Shown: positions 1 through 11,100 of the stretch, piece by piece | Numbering within the stretch: the stretch's first letter is position 1 | Layout of the letters: each line of letters begins with the position of its first letter | Assembly: GCF_964355755.1 (NCBI RefSeq) | Contig: NC_092670.1 | Span: 35,514,388-35,578,387 of the forward strand | DNA: 64,000 nucleotides | Reading direction: 5' to 3' | From: Antedon mediterranea | Lineage: Eukaryota > Animalia > Echinodermata | Made by a program: the position numbers and the translations under genes | Notes under the pieces: generated by a model | Seen by the model: only the letters and a program-made list of their open reading frames with translations | Databases searched by the model: none | Told to the model about the DNA's origin: nothing

Positions 1-514
1 TACCATGATGAAATCGAAGTGTCACTGTTTATTCACTTTGATTATGCGCATTCAAATTATAACGGTTACTACAGTGCGCGCGCCCATGCGAACGGTATGG
101 TGGTACCTGTCCTCCCCTCTCTATCTATTCAGGTCTCATCAACGATAAAAAAACAAGAAGAACGATTATGTTGAAGAAGAATGGTATACTCTTATCATTC
201 CCAACAAAGAAAATTTATAGTTTATTTATATAGATTGCCTTCCAGGTATTAACGAAAATCTATATTTTTGTACAGCACTAAAATTGATCTTAATAATGCT
301 AAACACGTATTCAAGCTATGTTTCCCTACTGCTTCGAACATATAATAATAATTATTAATAAAAAATCATGCGTTTGATATTCGGTAATGAGGATAAATTG
401 TTGATAAGCATACGATGTGTAGGCTTGTATTGTAAGGCCTACTAAAGAATTCCAATCCTCGAATTTCATTCGAAAATTACACGCGAGTAACTTCTTAAAA
501 TGAATCAAGCTTAC

Positions 515-940
515 CTTTTTGTTAACAACCGGTATATTATTATTATTCTGGATATCCGGATGTGCGTCTTGATGCATTGGAAGAGGATGATGTACTAAAT
601 TGTTGGAGAACTTTACATTTTTTATATCACCTACGTCGGACTCAATTTGTTTTAATCTAAGCTTTAAACTGTCTATATAACTGACTAATTTGTTCTGTTT
701 ATCTTTAAGATTACTTATTTCGTCGCTCATTCCACTATCAACAGGCACTTCCACTTGTATATCCTTTTGCCCGTCGTGAGTTTCATCTCGTACGTTTAAA
801 TTGGGCAATTTCATTGATGCATTTGGGTTGTCCGCCCCAGAAGACATTTCGTAAAGTGATATTAACAACATATCAAGTGTAATCCATAACACAGACGTCA
901 TGATAATAGCTCGTATAATTTTTCTTGGTATTGACATCAT
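515..940 (-). CDS. First coding exon of a polypeptide N-acetylgalactosaminyltransferase-like (GALNT1/13-type) type II Golgi membrane protein; the rest of the gene lies beyond the window start
   Basis: The N-terminus KIIRAIIMTSVLWITLDMLLISLY resembles the GALNT1/13 signal anchor ([20 protein letters not shown]). It is followed by a stem with a coiled coil. The exon ends at AAG|GTAAGC (donor at 514), 426 nt, phase 0. The catalytic domain is not in the window, so the product call is tentative. Confidence 0.6.
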
Positions 941-1566
941 GTTAAAAGTTTATTCTACTTGTTCACGTATTCCTGACAATTTCGACTATGTTTTTAAAGA
1001 AAAATCGCGAGATGGATGCGGCATGCTCCAAACAAAAAATCTATCGTCGCTGTAAGCCTAATTTAAAATCATCTCTCGTACATTGTCTCGTCTGTACCCA
1101 CTACATACACAACGTGATGATACTCAGATACCATAGGTGTGCTCCAGCTGACACCAACTGTAGGTATACTACGTGGATGCATCGATCGATTATAATTTGT
1201 CAATAAATCCAAAAGTGACTATAATAATCGCGCACACAATACAAAAGCTACATCCAACACTAATAGATAATACAGTTCGATATCAAACTCCATCCGTGAG
1301 TTAATTAATACAAGTACGGATGGTTGAATTATTCAATGGGTTTGCTTCATCACCCAAGTTGGTTTAGTACACTATGATTTGCTTGTAGACGGAATTAGCA
1401 TACGATTGATTAATTTCGGATAATTATATTATAATAAAGATATAAATAATTGACATATGGTAGGCCTTGCTTTTCTCATGCATTATGCATATACACTATT
1501 CTGCATTATGTGGCATGTGTATTGCATTGTGTTAGAGAATGTTATTTCCCTTCCGTGGTAGTTTTA

Positions 1567-1737
1567 AGCTCTGTCTATCAAACATTATGTGACAAAATGT
1601 GATGTGCTAATATATAGACATGATGTTCACATCACTACCATATTTAGGCATATCACTACCCTATTTGGGTATATCACTACCTATTTGGGCACATCAAACT
1701 GTTTTTAGTCAACTAGTTGGATAGTGTAGACGGAGCA
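1567..1737. mobile_element. MITE family A (PIF/Harbinger-like), TIR AGCTCTGTCTACACTATCAAAC
   Basis: Terminal inverted repeats, TTA on both flanks, and an internal 21-bp CATATCACTACCATATTTGGG repeat. Seven copies occur in the window. Confidence 0.75.
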
Positions 1738-2178
1738 TTACGCTCTCTTCCCCACTATGTTTGAGTAAGTTGAGTGAGAGAGACCGTCTAAGGATTGAAA
1801 TCATGTTTATTTGCAACAGAAATAATCACTTTAATTCAACATTGTCGAGAAAAACGTGAATAACAAACGGCCATGAACCTTTTAGTTTGTTTCATGTATA
1901 TCATGCTTCCGGGATAGCTGATGATTTGAATCATAATCATAATCTGAGTAGGTCGGCCTACCGTTCATCAGTGTAACTATTGCTTTTGTAAGGTCTTCCC
2001 ACCATTTTATTTATGTTTCTGGTCATTTCTTATGGAATCAATTAGATTCCAGTATTGTTAACTCTTTTTCTCTCTCTGAGGTTTTCGTTGAAAACTATAG
2101 ATCACTAAAAATCACCTGTATAATTAGACCTTTTTAAATATTTATAATTTTCATAGACCTTAATTTCTTCAAATGCAT

Positions 2179-2315
2179 TTGAGACGAGTAGGGGGTTACT
2201 CCGGTGTATTAGTACATCACAGCCACTGATCACCAACTGGGCCCTCTGGGAGACCAGTCTTTGACTGAAGAGGTTACCCAGTATAAATATATATTTCAAT
2301 CAATCAATCAATCAT
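2179..2315 (+). mobile_element. 3' fragment of the Deu-domain tRNA-SINE, ending in (CAAT)n
   Basis: Shares TGACTGAAGAGGT.ACCCAGTATAAATATA..TTTCAATCAATC with the SINE at 10725-10961, and GAGTAGG.GGTTAC with the copy near 16030. Confidence 0.7.
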
Positions 2316-3003
2316 CATTTGTTCTTTTTGTGTATTGATCTATCTTCTGAAAATTAATGGTTTTAAATGTTTCTGTTGAATTTCATATAATATTTAATCG
2401 CTTTGACCAAAAATTACAATATATAGGCCTATATATATGAAAAACTGTAGGGCCTAACTTAAAGCAAAAATATTGATATAATTTAACCATTTATTTATAT
2501 TAAGTTTTTTTGTAAGTGAAAACATTATTTCTAAAGTTTTTTTTCTACGGAAGTGATTAATAACATTATTAAAACTGCGAAATGGCATAGGCTATCAAAG
2601 TATTTTTTTCATCAATCTGCATTTTTCACGTTTTTTTATTAAATCTTTATTGGTATTGTATTATAATTATACAATTGTTGTATTGTTGACCATTAAAATT
2701 AATAAATGTTGAATGTTGAATTATAGGCCTTACGTCTACAGCATTGACATAATAATAACACTAGGCCTATACTGAAACGGGAAGCAGTAAAAACACGCGA
2801 TCTTTCTAAGTAAGTGATTTTTTGTACTAATTCGGGTTACTATATTAGAAAATACGATTTGTTTTGTCCAATGATAGCAGCTAGTGACTATGATTTTATA
2901 TTTTCTTTTGCGTTGTGTTTGTTTAATTTGTTGATTTGTATATTTTGTAAAATGTATCTTTTGCCTGAATAAATAATAATAATAATGATGATGATCTGTG
3001 AGA

Positions 3004-3230
3004 AGGCTGCTGGTGGCGCTAATCCCCGCCATGTGTACTCAGTAAAGCGAGACAAGAAATTTAAATATGTAATCCCACGTGGTTAATCAGGTGACTAATC
3101 CGGTGTCACGCGCTTCGGTTTTTACATGGTCCAGCTGAGTTGATCATTTACTACCACCACCGCGGTGTTTTAGTTCTTGGTCATTTGCAAGTTATTAACG
3201 TCTAAGAACAGACGTTGCTGAAATGTAAGT
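3004..3230 (+). promoter_or_regulatory. Putative progranulin promoter and non-coding first exon with an E-box cluster
   Basis: Locally GC-richer patch containing CACGTG (3076), TCAGGTGAC (3087), GTCACGCG (3105) and CAGCTG (3132). A strong donor AAAT|GTAAGT lies at 3225. The progranulin ATG directly follows an acceptor (TTCTTCAG|ATG), which implies an upstream non-coding exon. Confidence 0.45.
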
Positions 3231-4550
3231 TATTGCAACTTTAAATACCATTTATATTTTCTGCATTGTGTGTATTTTTGACGACTTTAGCTGCTAGTCT
3301 TTCTAGGGAGAACGATTCGCATAGAAGGCCCAGCCTATTATTATTAGATTGCATTTTTGAAGAGGGAGGTGATATGTATTTGACCGTTTATGATAACTGT
3401 ATTTGTTAAGGCTACCCTGCCCTCTGTAAATACTCCTTGCAAAACCGTCTAGGCCTCTACAATTATAATGCAAATAGCAGATTAGAAGCCTAGATGGTTT
3501 ATTGTCACATTTTTTTTACTCTCTTTGTACATTTTGCAGGTGATTTTATCAAGTCTGCAACTAATTAACTGTTTAGTTACTAAGTTTTTAATCGATTTAA
3601 ATACACCGGTAATATGATACAAGCCCTGTGCTGTGTGCATAAGTTTCAGGCCTATCCGGCATAAGATCACATTAAATTTAAATTACTGTACATGCATCCA
3701 GTTTCTGATGCAGAAGAATTACAAAAAAAATGTGTTTTAACAAATTACATAAATAGGTCTAACAAATTAGGCTCGGGTTAGTCGAAAGTCAGTGACAAAA
3801 CTGATTATTGTATAATAGGCCTAGTATTGTAGTATAATTACTTTGTTCATGGCTTATCAGATATTATGATTGTTCTCGGTTATTAATAAATGACAATGGG
3901 CTGGCAACTATAAAATTGTTTGTAATAATTTTTAACCAAATAATCCCCACTGTAGCTTTCTATTGTTTTTATTGCATTTATTGTTTTGCATAGTTGGCAA
4001 TTTGCTACGAAAATTTTAAATCAATTTGTACGGAACAAAATTTAAAAAAATGTACAGTACTTAAGTCTCAAATTACATACTGTAGATTGTAATGGAGGAA
4101 GTAGTTATTCACCTAGTAGGGATTTCCCCTTTTGGGTGAACTCTGACCTGTGGTGTCAATTGATGATCACAAGACATTGAGTACTATAATCTGGTATACA
4201 TTTTGATAATTTTATCTTTTCTAGGTACTGTTTGGGTCATACCTCTCAGATACTGTAGTAATTAATCCAAAAGACCAATAATTATATCTACAGTATATTA
4301 AGGATAATTAGTAATTTACGTATAATTAACAATTGCATTGTTTTGCATAACAATTGATATTGAATAAACAATCATGTGAGCTGTGGACAAGAAATTCAAT
4401 TGAAAACCTTCTGTTCATAAATTGTTTAATTGCTTTTATTTTCGTTGGCTTGTTCCTTTTTATTGTCATATGATTTTAAATGTACTTATTTAAATGATAT
4501 TGTAGCAATTGTTTAATCGATGCAGGAAGTGGTGCTTACTTTTAAATTAA

Positions 4551-5093
4551 AGATTTAAACCCGAAAAACATGAAAAACAAAGATTGATTAAAATGGCATT
4601 TTTGCTGTTTTAATAAAGTTATTCAATTCTATAGGGAAAAAAATGAATATATTATTTCACTTGAAAAACTGTTAATTTTAACCAAAAACTCAAATTTAAA
4701 ATTGTTTGCTTTTTAATTAAATTAATTAAATTTTTTCAGGTACTGTAAAGTGTAAGTAACATTTTTCGATCCCGTTTTTGGTCAAAGTGAATAACTATTA
4801 TCGGACATTAAAATGACGTTCAACAACCAATAAAAAAAAAAGGGGACAATATATCTTTAAAGATGTAGTTATCCACTTTGACCAAAAATGGGATAACAAA
4901 AAATTAAATATAATTTACACAAAAAATAGTCAAATTGGCTGCCAGCCAATGGACTTTTGGTTGATTTTACCCAATTATTTTATCGTATTTTTATCTACGG
5001 AAGTAATTAACTGTATTAAAACTACAAAATAAACTATTCAAAATCGGATTTAATTAATCTTCATTTTTCATGTTTTTGGGGGACAATACATCT
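4551..5093. mobile_element. Two inverted copies of a TTAA-targeting MITE (Kolobok-like, family B) sharing one TTAA
   Basis: Structure is TTAA|4551-4856|TTAA|4861-5093|TTAA. The termini GGGGACAATA(T/C)ATCT and internal motifs (AAAAACATGAAAAA, GGCTGCCAGCCAATGG) match the copies at 16423 and 54888. Confidence 0.65.
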
Positions 5094-5171
5094 TTAAAAT
5101 TAAATAGGATATAAACTGTTAATTATCGTCCTTTTAATCTAGTTTCTGATCAAATACCTTTTCTTCTTCAG

Positions 5172-8100
5172 ATGATATTCTTAATGGTACTGGCCCTGCT
5201 GGCCAGCGTACATGCAGACCCTATTCTGCGATTCAAGCCCAATAACCTCAACAACCAGATCACTTGCCCAGACAAATCGGTTTGCGATGATGACAACACA
5301 TGTTGCGAGCTAGAATCTGGGGAATATGGATGCTGTCCATACGTCAAGGTCAGTATAAAATAATACAAAGGATATAAAAAAAATATATTCAAGGATAATT
5401 GTAAGCCTATGAAAGTACTGTACTAACATTAAGAATAAGTATCAGTTTCTGAAATCTTTTCCTTGTATAGGTTTTTGACCACAATACAGTAGTTTTCCAG
5501 GACAATAGAACTCATGATACTCTTCAACTACTTTAAATACACTTAACATTATAATATATATATACAATCCACTTTATAAAAATGATTTTGGTATCATTAT
5601 TATTAAAATTACTGGAAACAATGACAATTCTGTGTGTATCAGTGGCTGGATCTCATTGGAGATACAAAATAAAATAAGCAAAAAGCTAAATCAAAACGAA
5701 AAGTAAAACATCCAGAAAAATTAGCATACAGTGCTGTCCTTTTGTAAGTTGTACAGTAGTGTTTATTTGTCCAAAACCATTGGAAAGTAGTGTTGGTTAA
5801 AAAATGGTGGGTAAAAGTTAACCTAGACTTTTAACAGTTTTAAAATGCTTAATATCAAATCCTTAGGCAACTTGTTGTTCGGATAAGGCACATTGCTGCC
5901 CAGAAGGAACTACATGTGACATGGCGGAATCAAAATGTCTAAAGGGAGACATTTCTTTTCCATGGATGGAGAAGACAAAGGCATCTCCTCCAGGAACTAT
6001 CATGTGCCCAGATCGTCAATCCTACTGCCCAAGTTCACAATACACATGTTGCAAAGCGAGCATTGGCAAATATGAATGCTGCCCTCAACCTAAGGTTTGT
6101 TTATTTAATAATAATCTTCAGTATTTATAAATTGCCTAATGTAATGTACACACAGACAGAGGCAAAGAAAAAGTAATGGGAATGCGCCCTCGTCGCTATT
6201 GAGTGATCGGCCAAGTTGTGCAGCTTATTTATCCATGACTTGGGAGCTTTCCAACCCTAGTAAATAAAAATAATAAAGAAGCTCAGTGCAGTACATAAGT
6301 GAACAGATGTGTTGATTCGATCTGGCTGCAAGAGTGGAGTTGTGGCTTGGTGGTTATGATGCTTGGCTACCAATTCAAGGGTCCTGGGTTCATGTCCTGT
6401 CATATGTCAAGTTTTCTTCTAATGACAAATTTCAACTCCTAAAAACTTGTAATAAGACTTCGTTTATGTAGAGCATCTTGTGTATGTTTGTCATGTGAAC
6501 AGGATTGCCGTGAGGTGGTTTCCCGAATGATCGTAAAATCAAAACGGTACTGGGTATGACCAACTAGCGTTATTGTCACCGGCTAGTCATCCATTCATAG
6601 AAGTACTAATGTAGTAGCCTACCTGTACGGTGACCATAGAATGTGACCCGAGGCATGACTAACTACGACTTTTAGATGATAGAAAGTTGAGAAAACATGT
6701 TACGAGTAGTTGTACGACATGAAGATGTTTATGAAATTATGTCAATAATGTTTACACACTAGGCATACAAATAGTAATGTTTGTTAGTAAAAATAATTTT
6801 GAGTTAATAAGAATAAGATATAAGGAAGAAAAGCAAAGAGACTATGGAGCGGCTATTCCTGAATATACAATACTAAGTATCGTAGATTTAAATTATAAAT
6901 TTTAGGCGATCTTGTCAAAGAAGGATAGTGAATGAATTTGCTTATGGTTATCCTTGGCAATTTGCCTAAATATATAAATAATAAATAAAAGAATTCTAAA
7001 GTGATGGAGCTGTATACAGCTCCGTCTTTTGTACACAATACATTATGAAACCATAAAGGTGTAAAGCTCAATAAATGCTCGGACAAACTCCTACTGCGTC
7101 TGAAACAAATTATCTACAGTACGTCTGGCTACTTCTTCAGCTACAATTTATTATCGCAAATGATATTTTTTACCTACAGGCAACCTGCTGCAGCGATGGT
7201 CAGCACTGCTGTCCCACTGGGTATACTTGTGATGAAGCCACGTCAATGTGTACAAAAGGCAATATAGAAATGTTTTGGTATGAAAAGTTGCCAGCACAGA
7301 AACTACCGAGTCTGTTTGAGGTACAGGATGTAAACTGTCCTGATGGGGTGAGTCACAGTCTAATAATATTTTATGCAATTTGAAAATTAGACTGGACTGT
7401 ATGGTGGTCTATTGTAATGTAATTTTACAGTTTCCAACAAAGTACAGTGTTAGTGAGCACAATAGATATGCCATGTAATAAATGTTTTACCTACAGTACT
7501 GCGTGCATTCATTTACTCATTCAATTTTTATTTCGGATTCTCTGGTCCATAGAAAGCAAACATTACATAAAAATTAACAAAATTATAAATAAAAGCTGAT
7601 GATATCGGCCTGGAGAGCATCTTTTACATCTATTATCATTGAGACTAAATCATTTTCACTTGAATTAAGTCTACACATGTATCTATTTTCGTAAAAAGAA
7701 GGAATTCTACATTCGGTAAACATAAAGCGGACACTACAATGTCAAGGCCTTTGAAACAACATTCTTGACTCATTATTGTAGCATGCCTAAATAATAAATT
7801 TACACATAGGTGTTTTTGATAAGGAGGAATTGCCACTGTGACAAGCAGAAGAATGACTATCTGGTTACTGTTCCTATGTATCTATTATGTTGTGTTTATT
7901 GTTTTATGTTTTTATGTAAAAGGGTCCTGCGAAAACAGAAGTGTAAACTTCTCTATGCAGGATCCTTGCCATCATTTATGCTATGAAACTATATTTATAA
8001 AGGATGAGTAAATAATAATTATAATTATTTAGTCCGGGACATACAGTACAGTACCCAAACTTATATCTGCCATTGTGACAGCCAGTTCATCTCTCTGCAT

Positions 8101-11100
8101 ACCAGTATTCGTCTCTAGTACATCAATGTATGCGAGAGCTAGCCTTCCTTGTTTTGCAAACCCATGTTTTGGCTGCCACAGCAGAACATAATTTCCTCGT
8201 TACTGTACTGTGAAGAGGGTCCAGAAAAGTTCATTCTTATTGTTTGTTATTTTTGGTATGACCAAAGAGCCATAGTACTTTGTTATCGATTCTCTCATGT
8301 CATTTACTGTACTTTTCAGAAATCAACTTGCCCTTCCGGCTCATCTTGTTGTGCATTAAAAGATGGTTATTATGGATGTTGTCCTTTCGATGGTGCCGTT
8401 TGTTGCGATGATAAAAAACACTGTTGTCCATCAGGCTACACTTGCAGTTCTTCATCCTGCATCAAAGGCATTGTTACACTATCATTTACTGAAGTAATCA
8501 CAAAGGTAATAGAAATATAGAATCTTATGACCACTATACACACACAACGCAGATCGGACAGGCGCTTTCCGCTGAGGATTCCATGGTTGTCAGCTTACCG
8601 TTACCGCTCGTCTGTGTAAATTGGCGTTTAGGCGTATTCTACGGTTGATTATGAGCTCCTCAAATTATTTGCACTATTTGGATAGAAATGGCAAGCTACT
8701 GTAGATTTACTTCGTAGAAATTATTTGTCAAAATAATTGATAACTATTACTTTTACATTATTCAATTCCTATTCAGTAATTTTTAAAATTCTTTCGTTTT
8801 TATGACAATTGACATAACACAATTTGTTTTTTTTAATAAAACATATATTATAAATAAAATTGGGTAGTTAAATTTTATACAGAAATTTTTCTGTCTATTT
8901 TGAAATCATTTACCATGTTTATTCTCTTTTAAAAAGAAAATTGGTAATGTTAAATGTCAGGATGGACAGTCATACTGCCCTCCAATGAGCACATGCTGTA
9001 AGCAAGATAATGGGTACGGCTGTTGTCCCCTGGAAAACGTAAGCAATTTATGCATGATCACATTAATAGTTATGCTAAATCAGCCGATTCTCGGTACTGT
9101 ATCTATTTCCGAAGTATCAATAGAGAAGGAATCTTTGGTAATACACCATCTCATGTGTTTCACATGTACAGTACAGTATCTAGTAGTCGGCAGTATAATT
9201 AACTTACAGGATTCAGGCAACGCAAGTGAATGACATGCTGTATTTAATACCAAATATATATATACAGTATAAAGATTCAGCACTGGGAATCTGGTGGCAA
9301 AATAGTAATTTGTATAATTAAAATAGGAGGAAAGAGAAAGGTAGAGGGTTTGCATTTATTTTGATATAAGTTTCACAGATTTTCTGTTCTGTTTTAGATG
9401 TTTATTTTTTATTCCATTTTAACTAGCATTTATATGTTGGTATTTTAATAGATTGAAATTTCATGACAGTGAATGAGTGATTATGAATCTAATATCTATC
9501 TAATATGTATAGTGCATTAAGGTGTAATACAATATTTCAAGTGAAAATTATTTTCAATGTAGGCTGAATGTTGCAGCGATGGCTTGCATTGCTGTCCAGA
9601 GGGCTACAAATGCGATATTGCTGGTGGTACTTGTGAAAACTACTCATCAACTGTTGAACTAATAAAGCACAGCCCTGCTCAACTGACCTTTGAAGCAAAT
9701 CCTGTTACGCTTGAGGCGGTGATGTGTCCTGATGGTCAGTCTCAATGTCCAGATGGCAATACTTGTTGTAAACTAAGCAGTGGTCAATACGGATGCTGTC
9801 CACTACCTAGCGTAAGTGTCATCAAATATTCGTTAATACAGGAGTTATTTTCTAAGATACTATATAAAACGATAAGGTAACATGCATATTTGAATTACAT
9901 CTTTTTGCTTATGTGTTTTTGCTTATGTTAATTTGTATTTTAGGCCGTATGTTGTAGTGATGGTCTCCATTGTTGTCCAACTGGCTACACATGTGATGTC
10001 TCGGCAGGCACCTGTGCAAAGAGTGCCCTCACTGTCCCATGGACGATCAAAACTGAAGCTAAACAAGTTGTAACCACCAAGAACCCAGTTTGCCCTGATG
10101 GTCACTCACAATGTCCAGATAGCTACACTTGCTGTAAGATGTCCACAGGATTATGGGGATGTTGCCCACTACCAAATGTAATTTTCATATATATTTTTTT
10201 CTTTCTACAAGAAGCCAAATATAATAAACAGTAAAATAAAGACTTGTAAAGCATTCTTTTTACAATGAATTTCATCTTGTGCCTTTTTAATCCGAATGTA
10301 GGCAGTATGTTGTGAGGATGGAATACACTGTTGCCCAAAAGACAACATTTGTGATGATGCCACGCCAGGTTGTATACATGGTGATATCCACACACCTTGG
10401 TACGAGAAAGTTCCAGCACTTTCTGTAGAATCTGTTGTATGTCCTGATGGTCAGTCTCAATGTCCAGATGGTAATACTTGTTGTAAACTAAGCAGTGGTC
10501 AATATGGATGCTGTCCACTTCCCAAAGTAAGATACGGTCTTGTCACAATATTATTGCCCGACACAAACACAAACTAGTAATAATATGTTTAAATGATTTA
10601 ATAGTCCAACAAATACAGTTCGTTTCAAATGGATATATTCAATGCACAATAACAGTCCACGCGACTCTGATCGTGTACTTCGGCGCTCACAATGAATTGT
10701 TCCATAGTGTTCCAGTTCCAAGGATCTGTGAGTGAGTGGCCGAGCGGTTAAGACAGTGGAACCGTAATTACGTAGCCATAACATCGGCAGGGGTTCGAGG
10801 CTCACTCACTCCATGGTTCTGGTGGTAGAACGAGTCTCCTCGGATAAGGACTATAAACCGTAGGTCCAGTGTAAACATCTAGCTCGTGTGCACTTTAAAG
10901 AACCTAGTACATCTTTCGTGACTGAAGAGGTCACCCAGTATAAATATATTTCAATCAATCAGTGCCTCTACACTACTTATTACAAATAGATCAGCTTCTC
11001 CTCCGACCATCTATAGTAACATAAAACATGCATTTTCTAATATTTAGGATTCCATAAGTAGAACACACTAATATATAAATAGTTTACAACTACTCTTATA

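Noticed and set aside
326-514. C-terminal part of the 204-aa ORF 326-940
   Set aside because: It lies past a strong AAG|GTAAGC donor and reads as low-complexity intron.
10725-10810. Possible tRNA gene
   Set aside because: The A and B boxes run directly into a SINE core and tail, and I could not form a clean cloverleaf; treated as a SINE head.
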